Assembly (NCBI GenBank): GCA_051010835.1
Contig: JBPCVC010000024.1
Coordinates: forward strand, 8,229-72,228
Direction of reading: 5' to 3'
Source of the DNA: Mariniblastus sp.
GTDB taxonomy: Bacteria > Planctomycetota > Planctomycetia > Pirellulales > Pirellulaceae
Length of the DNA: 64,000 bases
Shown here piece after piece: positions 9,914-19,109 of the stretch; the stretch's first letter is position 1, and each line of letters begins with the position of its first letter. Both the position numbers and the translations under genes were made by a program. The notes under the pieces are model-generated. The model was not told the DNA's origin. It ran no database searches and was given only the letters and a program-made list of their open reading frames with translations.

Positions 9914-11059
9914 TTAATTTGCCGGGTTGAGGACGCTTTCCCCCGATAACGCCTTCAGGAATTCGACCAGAAAGCCGACCTCTTGCTCTGAAAGGTTAAG
10001 GGGAGCCATTTTTTTATCGAGGGAGGGGTCGTCGGGCGCGCCGCCCCGATTGTAAAACTCGACAACTTCTCGAAGTGTTTTGACACTGCCATCGTGCATG
10101 TAGGGAGCAGTGAATTCAATATCTCGTAAAGTCGGTGTTTTGTATTGAAACTCGTGGGCGGGGTTTTTCGTTGCTTCGAATCGACCCTGATCTCGATCGG
10201 ATTTACCAAACCCGACTCCAGTATTGTGGAATGCCTCATCCGATAGATTTGAACCCGAATGGCATTTCCAACATCCGCCACGACTTTCAAAAATCCACAA
10301 TCCCTGACGAGCTTCTTTTGACAAAGCTTCGTATTCAGCCGCACGAAAGCGATCGACTTTCGAATTACCAGAGGTAAGGGTTCGTTCAAAGCTTGCAATC
10401 GCCTTGGCGAGATTTTCTACAGTCACGGTCTGGGCGGTCGGTGGCTTCGCGCCGCTTCCAAAAACGACATGGAATTCCTGAACATACTCAGGATTGTTCT
10501 TGATGTTTTCAATCACGAGTTCGACATTACCACCCAACTCAGTTTCGCTCTTGAGCGGTCCTAACACTTGTTGTTCTAAGGTGTCATCACGACCGTCCCA
10601 GGAAAATTTCTTTCCGAAGACTCGGTTGATGACCGAGGGAGCATTTCGCTTTCCCACTTTTCCTCCAACACCAACAGCGATCGGATCTGGGCTTGCGAAA
10701 CCGTGATCTGGCTGGTGGCAACTGGCGCAAGATACAGTCCCGTCGGTCGACAAAATTGGATCAAAGAAAAGCTTACGTCCCAATTTTACTTTTTCTGCCG
10801 TCGTCGCATTGTCAGCGGGAGCCTCGGGAATTCCGTTGAAGCCGCCGGGTATTTTCGTTGAACTGATTTCGGCCGGAAGGCTGTCGACGGGAAGTTTGGG
10901 GACTTTGCCCAACGGTTTGTCATCCTCGTTAGCATGGTTGTTAGCCGTCGGAAGTGCCCAGCCGCAGACGCTCGCCGCAGACAGAATGACTGCGAAAAAG
11001 AGCAGGCCTCGAGAAAGCGTGGCTTGGTTTCGACCGAGGTTTGCAAAATACAATTTCAT
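9914..11059 (-). CDS. Di-haem cytochrome c peroxidase/MauG family protein, exported
   Basis: CASCH and CWKCH haem motifs, LGRKLFFDP, RNAPSV, FSWDGR, KTPTLR..TAPYMHDG. Confidence 0.9.
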   Translation of the reverse strand: MKLYFANLGRNQATLSRGLLFFAVILSAASVCGWALPTANNHANEDDKPLGKVPKLPVDSLPAEISSTKIPGGFNGIPEAPADNATTAEKVKLGRKLFFDPILSTDGTVSCASCHQPDHGFASPDPIAVGVGGKVGKRNAPSVINRVFGKKFSWDGRDDTLEQQVLGPLKSETELGGNVELVIENIKNNPEYVQEFHVVFGSGAKPPTAQTVTVENLAKAIASFERTLTSGNSKVDRFRAAEYEALSKEARQGLWIFESRGGCWKCHSGSNLSDEAFHNTGVGFGKSDRDQGRFEATKNPAHEFQYKTPTLRDIEFTAPYMHDGSVKTLREVVEFYNRGGAPDDPSLDKKMAPLNLSEQEVGFLVEFLKALSGESVLNPAN

Positions 11060-11167
11060 AGGATTGGCTCATGGGTGATCTGACACAGTAAGTCTAACGA
11101 CTTTTGCGGATAAAACCAACAACTTCCGGTGATGAATGTTTTTGAGAGATCCGGAACGAGGGTTTAA

Positions 11168-11950
11168 TTAAGCGTCCTCGAGTGTCCATGCGACAACTTT
11201 TGCGTGTCTCGCAAAGTGGAGCAAAGGGGCTTCGCTGGGGAGTTGGACTCCCATCCAATCCGTCATCGTATTCTCGCGGATAATCGCCTGAGCTTCCTGT
11301 AGTTGCCATGGTTCATGGTCGATTTCACCTCGAAAGATCTTTCCCTGCTTGTTAGCGGAGTAAAGACAATACCTCGAAGTCAAAAATTGTTCGAGTGAGC
11401 CTGCGGATGCACGAAAAGATTTGCCAATAGGGCGATAATCAATTTTGAACTTAGCGGGAAGTTCACCTTGGTGAGTGCGGACTGAGCGATAACCAATCCA
11501 TTGTCCCTTATTTTTCTTGTGGCAGTCACCCACCACAATTTTTGCATCCATGTAGGGAAGATGAAAGAACTTTCGGGCAATACGAACTGCAATCGGATTC
11601 GTCGCTTCAAGACAAAAGAACCAAACTCCGGGTTTTCCGTTGATTGTCACGTAGGTACGGACGTTGAGTTCGGGAAAGCCCGACATGAACGGTACATTGG
11701 GGACGTAACGCGGGGCAACTCCTGACATTTTGAAGGGGACGACGCCCAACCACGCGGAACCGTCAAAAGTATCGATCTCGAGGCCGTCGGGAATTAATCG
11801 CTGAAGAGCATCCTTTTCGATCCTCCAATGCATGAAAAGTAGATCGTGCCACTGCATTCGCATGGACCATCCGCGGTCTGGGAGCGGCCACCTCCGGTCG
11901 TTTTCCGTCTGCTTTTCTAATACCGTCGTAATCGGCTTCTCCTTGAACAA
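11168..11950 (-). CDS. YqjF/DUF2071 family protein (start uncertain)
   Basis: MQWHDLLFMHW, FDGSAWLGVVPF, ELNVRTYV, PGVWFF, FLTSRYCLY, HEPWQL. Confidence 0.85.
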   Translation of the reverse strand: MFKEKPITTVLEKQTENDRRWPLPDRGWSMRMQWHDLLFMHWRIEKDALQRLIPDGLEIDTFDGSAWLGVVPFKMSGVAPRYVPNVPFMSGFPELNVRTYVTINGKPGVWFFCLEATNPIAVRIARKFFHLPYMDAKIVVGDCHKKNKGQWIGYRSVRTHQGELPAKFKIDYRPIGKSFRASAGSLEQFLTSRYCLYSANKQGKIFRGEIDHEPWQLQEAQAIIRENTMTDWMGVQLPSEAPLLHFARHAKVVAWTLEDA

Positions 11951-12143
11951 TACCGTTTCTTGTACCGTTCTCGTCTAGCCTCCCTTAACTCAACTAAGGG
12001 GGACTTTTTCGGCATCGCCTGTGATTTTAGCATCTAGCAATGCTGAATGGGTATTCGGAACGCCATTTCGTTATTCCCGCAGAAAAGTTTATACTAAAAC
12101 GTCCTAATTGAGTTTCCACGTCCTTGTTTGGTAAAAAAGTTTT

Positions 12144-13943
12144 ATGAAATACCACCTCCGAGTCATGGCTGCCCTCCTCTTTGTCGCCGCCATTTCTTCA
12201 GCATCGCCCGACTTGGTTGCTGAAGATGTCGAGCGAGAGCAGTTGCAGGTTGGGGACTCTATGCCAAATTTTGTCTTAAAAGATTATCAAGGCAACCGGT
12301 TTGATTCGTCGAAGCTCGATCACGATAAATCTACCATTGTCGTATTTTTCGGCGTTGAGTGCCCGTTAGTTAAATTTTATGTACCCAAACTGGCCGAATT
12401 GGTTAACAAGAATCGTGATGCCGTACAGATCATTGGGCTAAATTCGAACCGCCAAGATTCCATTACAGAGATCGCTAGGTTTGCCAGCGAATTGAAGGTC
12501 AATTGCCCTTTGCTCAAAGATCCTGCAAACCGCGTTGCCGATGCTTTTGGAGCGAGTAGAACTCCAGAAGTCTTTCTGTTTAATTCAAACTCGGAATTGG
12601 TTTACCAAGGTGCGATTGATGATCAATTCACTTATGGGAAACAGAAATTCAAAGCCTCGCAGAATTATCTGGCAGATGCAGTTGAGGCGATCAAGAACTT
12701 ACGAGTTCCCAAGATTCAAAAAACGGAGACCGATGGTTGTATTATTGGGCGAGTCTTAACTCAGGATACAGAGAACAAATCAACGGTTACTTACGCAAAT
12801 CAGATTTCTCGAATCTTAAACGAGCGTTGTGTGAGTTGCCATCGCGATGGGGAAGCCGCGCCGTTCAGTTTAACCGATTATGATGAGGTCGTCGGTTGGG
12901 CGGGAATGATTGACGAGGTGGTCAAAGACCAGCGAATGCCACCCTGGCACGCGAACCCCAAACACGGGAAATTTAAAAATGACCCAACGTTAACCGCTGT
13001 GCAGAAGAAACTGATTAGTGATTGGGTCAAAGCTGGTGCGCCCTTGGGAGATACCAATGATCTACCCACTCCTCCGGAATTTACCAAAGGCTGGCGGATC
13101 GGAAAGCCGGACGTCGTGTTTCAGGTCACCCAAAAACCCTACTCAGTTCCGGCGACTGGTGTCCTGCCTTATGAGTACTTTCAGGTCAAAACAAATTTTA
13201 AGGAAGACAAGTGGGTGCAGGCAGCGGAGGTCAGAATTGGGAACCGCGCCGTTGTCCATCATGTCATCGTGGCTGTTTCGCGGCGCGGGGGTCGGCCGGT
13301 GCACGGTGAAATTGGTTCGGAGTGGTTGACGGCCGCTGCGCCAGGGTCGAAACCGCTGATTCTTGCAGATGGTTTAGCGAAGGTAATTCCCGCGGGGGCA
13401 ACACTGGTTTTCCAAGTTCATTATACGCCAATTGGAACGCCTCAAACGGATCTTAGCACGGTAGGCTTCAAGTTCGTCGATAAAGCAACGGTTCGGAAGA
13501 TCGTGGGTACAAAGCAAGTTGTCCAAAGAGATTTAAACATCCCGGCTGGGAAAGCAGAGTATAAAACTGACGCCAGTCGAGTAGTGCGGCAGGATGCGTT
13601 GATGCTTGCAATGTTTCCGCACATGCACTGGCGAGGAAAATCGTTCAAATATACCGCAACCTACCCCGATGGTCGAAGCGAAGTCTTGCTGGATGTGCCC
13701 AATTATGATTTTAATTGGCAGAACGGATACATCTTAGAGCAACCTAAGCTACTGCCTCGTGGTACGGAGATTAGATGCGACGCGGTTTTTGATAACTCAG
13801 CCAAGAATTTTGCCAATCCGGATCCTACACAAAAAGTGAGATGGGGAGATCAAACGTCTGATGAGATGATGATTGGTTATTTTGATATGGTGCTGTCCGA
13901 ACAGGACTTACTGAATCGTTTGTCCGATCAGCAAGACCGTTAG
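12144..13943 (+). CDS. Exported redoxin + c-type haem + copper type II (PHM/DBH-fold) monooxygenase-like protein
   Basis: Signal peptide; AhpC/TSA-like domain (ECP, RTPEVF, YQGAIDD); CVSCH; MPPW; VHHV, VHY, PHMH, DEMM. Confidence 0.75.
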   Translation: MKYHLRVMAALLFVAAISSASPDLVAEDVEREQLQVGDSMPNFVLKDYQGNRFDSSKLDHDKSTIVVFFGVECPLVKFYVPKLAELVNKNRDAVQIIGLNSNRQDSITEIARFASELKVNCPLLKDPANRVADAFGASRTPEVFLFNSNSELVYQGAIDDQFTYGKQKFKASQNYLADAVEAIKNLRVPKIQKTETDGCIIGRVLTQDTENKSTVTYANQISRILNERCVSCHRDGEAAPFSLTDYDEVVGWAGMIDEVVKDQRMPPWHANPKHGKFKNDPTLTAVQKKLISDWVKAGAPLGDTNDLPTPPEFTKGWRIGKPDVVFQVTQKPYSVPATGVLPYEYFQVKTNFKEDKWVQAAEVRIGNRAVVHHVIVAVSRRGGRPVHGEIGSEWLTAAAPGSKPLILADGLAKVIPAGATLVFQVHYTPIGTPQTDLSTVGFKFVDKATVRKIVGTKQVVQRDLNIPAGKAEYKTDASRVVRQDALMLAMFPHMHWRGKSFKYTATYPDGRSEVLLDVPNYDFNWQNGYILEQPKLLPRGTEIRCDAVFDNSAKNFANPDPTQKVRWGDQTSDEMMIGYFDMVLSEQDLLNRLSDQQDR

Positions 13944-14038
13944 TTCAGCTTCGATGTCGAGTTCCGCTGGTCGAACAATTCGCTCTTTCTACGTTAGTTC
14001 CCCGAATAATTGGAGTCCGAGGCTCGAATTCGTAGGTT

Positions 14039-14057
14039 CGTTACATCTTTGTTACGT
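14039..14057 (+). promoter_or_regulatory. Direct-repeat operator CGTTACA-N5-GTTACGT upstream of the response regulator
   Basis: GTTAC at 14040 and 14051 (11-bp period); same box at 17076. Confidence 0.65.
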
Positions 14058-14148
14058 AATGATCTACGAATGCATCGTAGAATAAGAAACGGCGGTAGGC
14101 ACTGGACGGCCGCTGTCGAGTCAGCTCGTGTTCCCATGGAATTTAAAA

Positions 14149-14886
14149 ATGGCCAAGACGGTAATATTGACGGTAGAGGACGATGCGGCAATTCGTCGTG
14201 GAATCGTTGATTCGCTGGAGTATACCGGGCATCAAGTGCTGCAGGCGGGTGATGGTATTTCGGGTTTAGAAATGGCGCTCAAATCGGAATACGATTTGCT
14301 GTTGTTGGACCTCGCGCTGCCTGGGGTTTCCGGGTTAGAGATTTTAAAAAAATTAAAACAAGTCCGACCGACCCAACCGGTAATTATTCTAACGGCGAAG
14401 GGGGATGAGCAGGACCGGGTGCAAGGGCTACGGGATGGCGCCGACGACTACGTTGTCAAGCCATTCAGCATCAAAGAATTGTTGGCTCGAGTGGAAGCCG
14501 TGTTGCGTCGGTCACCGGAGCGACCTCGAGACGTGCAGTCTGTTAGTTTTCCAGGAGGGGTAGTTGATTTTGAACGAAGGGAAGTTCGCTTTCGTCCTCA
14601 GAAATCTACCGAAGGCGAATCGGCTGCCACCCGTGCGGAGCTTTCTGAAAAAGAGACAGAGTTGATTCAGTATCTCGTCTCGAATTCCGGACGTGCGATA
14701 TCTCGTGAGGAGTTATTGTCGAGTGTGTGGAGGCTTAGTCCAAAAGGGATTACGACACGCACGATTGACATGCATATTGCCCGGCTGCGTGAAAAAATGA
14801 AAGAGAATAAAACAGCGGCTGCAACTATTTTGACAGTGCGTGGCAAGGGTTACATGTGGTCTGTTTGTGGAAAGGGGGCGAACTGA
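14149..14886 (+). CDS. OmpR/PhoB family response regulator
   Basis: VEDD, LLDLALPG, LTAK, DDYVVKPF; winged helix ISREELL..VW, RTIDMHIARLREK, TVRGKGY. Confidence 0.93.
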   Translation: MAKTVILTVEDDAAIRRGIVDSLEYTGHQVLQAGDGISGLEMALKSEYDLLLLDLALPGVSGLEILKKLKQVRPTQPVIILTAKGDEQDRVQGLRDGADDYVVKPFSIKELLARVEAVLRRSPERPRDVQSVSFPGGVVDFERREVRFRPQKSTEGESAATRAELSEKETELIQYLVSNSGRAISREELLSSVWRLSPKGITTRTIDMHIARLREKMKENKTAAATILTVRGKGYMWSVCGKGAN

Positions 14887-16964
14887 TGCGACGTCCCTGG
14901 CAGATTTGGATCTTGTTTCTCTTTGGACTCGCAATTGTGATTCCAGGAATGGGATGGTTGACAGTCATGACTGTCCGTCTTGAGGAAAGCCGCGAAGATG
15001 ACAGGCGCGAGACCGAACTTGCGAGACAGGAAGCGGAACTTCAGGAACGGATTAGCAGTGCGTTGTACCGGATGGATTTAAAGATGCTTCCTTTGATTGC
15101 CAGGGAAGCGGCTCGTCCGAGTTATTCTTACGATCCGTTTTACCAGGCATTTGTTCCAGCTCAGACAGCCAACAATCAAAAGGGGCGGGGGGCGAGTCGA
15201 AGTGACTCCGAGGCGTCGGAGGGAAGTTACCAGGAAGTTCCCTCACCGTTGATGTTTTCGCCACCTCAATTCGTTAAATTTTATTTTCAGATTGGCTGTG
15301 AACAGGATCTGTGTTCTCCTCAGATTCCAATGGGAGCCGCGAGATTACTTGCGGAGCATCGGTTTGGTCTCAACGCTCAATCGATTGGAGTGAGCGAGCA
15401 GCTGTTGTTAGAAGCTGAAAGTCTATTTACTTATGAGACTTTGCTGGCTGATCTGAGTAGTGAGTCGAGTGGCGACGTTGTGATTGAGATTGCATCGACT
15501 GAGCGAGGGGGAGACTCGTATTCGCAGAAAGCGGTTGAGCAGTCCTATTACAAAGTGCCTGTTTTCGACAAACTTGGAAGTTCCAAATCGAAATCCGGCG
15601 ATCTGTTGAATAAAAATGCGAAAGGTTCGGAAATACCTCAAATCGCTCAGAATAGTAAACGGGCAGTCCAGCAGTCACGAGGAGCGTCGCGGGGTAATGA
15701 GGAGTTCAATCGCCGTTTGCAAAATACGCAGAACCTTACGTCGCAGCGCTGGCAAGAGAATAACTCTGGCAACGTCTATGAGAACAACAGCCTAGGTCAA
15801 ATCGAGGATAAGCTGGGTCGCATGGGGCAGGAAGTTGATGCTCTGGGTTCGGTCGGTGTGATGCAGCCCGTCTGGGTAGGGGAGAATCTGGTGCTGGTTC
15901 GCGAGGTCACTCGGGACGTTTCCGAGGGGGATTCGCCGGTCATTCAAGTGTGCTGGCTCGACTGGGACGCCATCCAAAATGCGCTCCGAGCCGAAGTTGA
16001 GGATTTGCTTCCCAATGTTGAGTTCGAAGAGTTAGAACAGGATACAGATTTAAACGTGATGACGGCGTTAACGACGCTTCCGGTCCAATTGGTCGTCGAC
16101 AGCTCAAGCTTGTTGTCGACCTTGGCGATCGGATCGAGCGCGGATCAAAACTCATTTGCAGGGTTACGGGTCGCTTTGTGGGTAGCATGGCTGGGGCTTG
16201 CGCTCGCAGCGGTTGCTACAGCGACACTTTTATTCGGCGTTATTCGCCTCAGCGAACGCCGCGCGACGTTTGTATCAGCGGTGACACACGAATTGCGAAC
16301 ACCGCTGACGACGTTTCGGATGTACGCTGAAATGCTTGCGGAAAAGATGGTGCCGCCCGAAAAGCAACAGGACTATGCAAATACACTTTGCTTGCAAGCC
16401 GACCGATTGTCTCATTTGGTAGAGAATGTGCTTCAATTCGCTCGGCTGGAACGTGGAGCTGATTTTGGAAGTGTCGAAAAACTCACCGCGGCCGAGATGA
16501 TTGGGCGATTCGAATCCAGGCTTAAAGAACGGGCGTCTGAAGTTGAATGGGAGGTTGGGTTAGAGATTGATGATTCCATGAAGGATTTCAGTTTTGCAAC
16601 TCAGCCTGCGACGGTAGAGCAAATTGTTTTTAATTTAGTCGATAATGCATGCAAGTACGCCTGGCCAAGCTCTCAGCCAAAACTAGACTTGAAAATTTTG
16701 CGTCATGGAAAAAACGTGGCAATCTATGTACAGGACTTTGGCCCCGGGATTCCCGTTCAATATCGCAAGCGAATGTTTCAGCCCTTTTGTAAATCAGATC
16801 AGGATGCCGCAAATACAGCACCTGGTGTCGGGTTGGGGTTGGCGCTCTGCCGGCGAATGGCAGTTTCATTGGGAGGCAAGCTTAAGATTGCAGATCGAAA
16901 AAACAAACTTGACCGCGATTCAGCGGGGGCCTGTTTTATTCTTGAGTTGCCGATCAGAAATTGA
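14886..16964 (+). CDS. Sensor histidine kinase with a large extracytoplasmic region
   Basis: TGATG overlap with the regulator; two TM segments; HELRTPL, NLVDNACKY, DFGPGI, GVGLGL. Confidence 0.92.
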   Translation: MRRPWQIWILFLFGLAIVIPGMGWLTVMTVRLEESREDDRRETELARQEAELQERISSALYRMDLKMLPLIAREAARPSYSYDPFYQAFVPAQTANNQKGRGASRSDSEASEGSYQEVPSPLMFSPPQFVKFYFQIGCEQDLCSPQIPMGAARLLAEHRFGLNAQSIGVSEQLLLEAESLFTYETLLADLSSESSGDVVIEIASTERGGDSYSQKAVEQSYYKVPVFDKLGSSKSKSGDLLNKNAKGSEIPQIAQNSKRAVQQSRGASRGNEEFNRRLQNTQNLTSQRWQENNSGNVYENNSLGQIEDKLGRMGQEVDALGSVGVMQPVWVGENLVLVREVTRDVSEGDSPVIQVCWLDWDAIQNALRAEVEDLLPNVEFEELEQDTDLNVMTALTTLPVQLVVDSSSLLSTLAIGSSADQNSFAGLRVALWVAWLGLALAAVATATLLFGVIRLSERRATFVSAVTHELRTPLTTFRMYAEMLAEKMVPPEKQQDYANTLCLQADRLSHLVENVLQFARLERGADFGSVEKLTAAEMIGRFESRLKERASEVEWEVGLEIDDSMKDFSFATQPATVEQIVFNLVDNACKYAWPSSQPKLDLKILRHGKNVAIYVQDFGPGIPVQYRKRMFQPFCKSDQDAANTAPGVGLGLALCRRMAVSLGGKLKIADRKNKLDRDSAGACFILELPIRN

Positions 16965-17075
16965 ATCTTTTTTACTGGCGATTGCCTGTGATTTTTGCTC
17001 GGTTAACCAAGCGTATTTCTGATAAGGAGCTTCGGCCGAGAACGGCATTGGCGTTGATGATTTAAAATGATCGAA

Positions 17076-17094
17076 CGTTACAATCCCGTTACGT
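17076..17094 (+). promoter_or_regulatory. Second copy of the CGTTACA-N5-GTTACGT operator, upstream of the DUF4139 gene
   Basis: cgttacaatcccgttacgt; 14 of 14 conserved positions identical to 14039-14057. Confidence 0.65.
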
Positions 17095-17215
17095 CCGGCT
17101 TCTGAGATGCCGCGTAATAAAGGTACAGTTTACGAGTTGAAGTTTAGGGTTATCAGAACCGTTCTTCTGGCTCCTGATTTGAAACATAATTTCTTTATGA
17201 AGGCTTGAGGGTATC

Positions 17216-19066
17216 ATGATATTTGGTCGTTTAACGCTGTTCTCTGTTGGTTTAATGACACTTTTCTTCAGCGTGGATCTAAGTTTCGCCGAAAATGAAA
17301 TCCCCGAGGTTTCGCGAATCTCCGAACTGAGTCTAACGACTGAAAATGTTGTGATCTTTAAAGATGGATATTTTTTGATCGTAAAAAAAGGGATAGCAAC
17401 AACTGATGGTGATGGAAAAGTGTTTACAAATGAAGTGCCGGATTCTGCGATTCTCGGTTCTTTCTGGGCGATCGCTCAACAGGGGAAAATCAATTCAATG
17501 GTTGCGGGCTGGGAAGCCTCTGAAACGGAAGATAAGCGGGAGATAAATTGCACGACGGTGATGGAAATCGTAACGGCCAATCTTGGGGCGTCGTGTTCTT
17601 TGCGGATTCGAGGCGAAAAATCGGAAGTGGTTAAAGGCGTGCTCCTCAAGGTGCTTGCGAATCGCAAGTTGATGCCTGAAAAAAATAATCGCACGGTTCA
17701 CGGCCAACACGACAGTGTAGGCGGAGCGGTCGAGTCCGAGGTTTTAGTGGACACGATTCTAGGAACGCATTTTTTATTGCGTACCGAAACGGGTGATATG
17801 ATGATCGCCGCCGATTCCGTTTCTAATCTGACGGTTGAGGGGATGAAAACAACCCTCAAACAGAATATGAAAAAGTTGAAGCGTGAGAAGAAGTTAACGT
17901 TTGATTTTGGATTGCCAAACACCGAGGTTGAATTGAGCCTGATGTACTTTTGTCCGGGAATCCGCTGGATTCCAACCTATCGATTAAATCTGACCGATAA
18001 GCCCTTTGTATTCAAAGGAGATGCGTCAAGCACTGAGGCTAAACGGGCGGCTGCAAAAACGGCAGAGATCTTAATGCAGGGAGAGATTATCAACGATTCG
18101 GAAGATTTAATTGATGTCCCACTGCATGTTGTCGTTGGTGTGCCTAATTTTCGATTTAAGGCATCACCAAGCCCAATGGTGTTGGAAGCCAGTTTGAAGA
18201 ATGTACTCCCGGCAGCAGCGCCTCAAGTAATGGGCAATCAGGCGGTCGATCAGTTCAATAATGGCATGCTCAGTAACGCACTCTATTCCCAGACTACCAG
18301 TGATTTTCGAAGTTCCCGCGCGACTGGTAATTCTGAAGGAGTGGTTGACGGGTTGTCTGCTGATCTAACAGCAAGTAGTGGGAATGATTTGTTTGTCTAC
18401 GAACTTAAGCCAATGTCGTTGAAAAAAGGTGAGCGGGCGAGTGTTCGAATTTTAAAAGCGGACGTGGCTTATCGGGATATTTATACTTGGAATGTAACGG
18501 TTCAGCATTCTCCCTATCAATTCGCTTCTGGTCGTAATCGCAGATCGCCATTAGTTGTCTCGGACAGCGAAGTCTGGCACCAAATTGATCTAATCAACGA
18601 TACTAATGTTCCGTGGACGACAGGTGCTGCAATGTTGGTCGACGGCTTTCAACCCCTCGCGCAGGAACTGCTTACCTACACGTCTCCCGGTGGAATTTGT
18701 CGACTGCCGATGACCGTTTCGGTGGATTTGAAGGCTAAAGTTGACGATCAAGAAACTGGCCGCGAGCTGAATGCAATTAAGTGGCGAAATTCGAACTATT
18801 CACTTGTGAAAGGGAAGATTTCCGCAGAACTTGCTAACGATAAAGAGTCTGAGGTTCCCGTTGAAGTTAGTCTTCGGTTTGGCGGAAAGGCAAATACCGT
18901 TTCCGATGAGGGAACGACCAAGCTTGAGGGATTCAATCCCAATGACTGGTCCAATCAGGGAGGAGATCCGATCAACAATAGTACCGTCGTCAATTGGACG
19001 GCGTCGGTCGCCCCTGGCGAATGTTTAAAGCCAACGGTTGAGTATGAATTTTATTTGCGCAATTAA
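17216..19066 (+). CDS. Exported DUF4139-like protein
   Basis: Signal peptide; VVIFKDG, LSLMYFCPGIRWIPTYRL, IINDSEDL, FVYELKPMSLKKGE, LTYTSPG. Confidence 0.7.
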   Translation: MIFGRLTLFSVGLMTLFFSVDLSFAENEIPEVSRISELSLTTENVVIFKDGYFLIVKKGIATTDGDGKVFTNEVPDSAILGSFWAIAQQGKINSMVAGWEASETEDKREINCTTVMEIVTANLGASCSLRIRGEKSEVVKGVLLKVLANRKLMPEKNNRTVHGQHDSVGGAVESEVLVDTILGTHFLLRTETGDMMIAADSVSNLTVEGMKTTLKQNMKKLKREKKLTFDFGLPNTEVELSLMYFCPGIRWIPTYRLNLTDKPFVFKGDASSTEAKRAAAKTAEILMQGEIINDSEDLIDVPLHVVVGVPNFRFKASPSPMVLEASLKNVLPAAAPQVMGNQAVDQFNNGMLSNALYSQTTSDFRSSRATGNSEGVVDGLSADLTASSGNDLFVYELKPMSLKKGERASVRILKADVAYRDIYTWNVTVQHSPYQFASGRNRRSPLVVSDSEVWHQIDLINDTNVPWTTGAAMLVDGFQPLAQELLTYTSPGGICRLPMTVSVDLKAKVDDQETGRELNAIKWRNSNYSLVKGKISAELANDKESEVPVEVSLRFGGKANTVSDEGTTKLEGFNPNDWSNQGGDPINNSTVVNWTASVAPGECLKPTVEYEFYLRN

Positions 19067-19109
19067 GGCTTGAGGGAAGCCCGCCAAAGGGGCTGCGTAA
19101 TCGCAGGGT

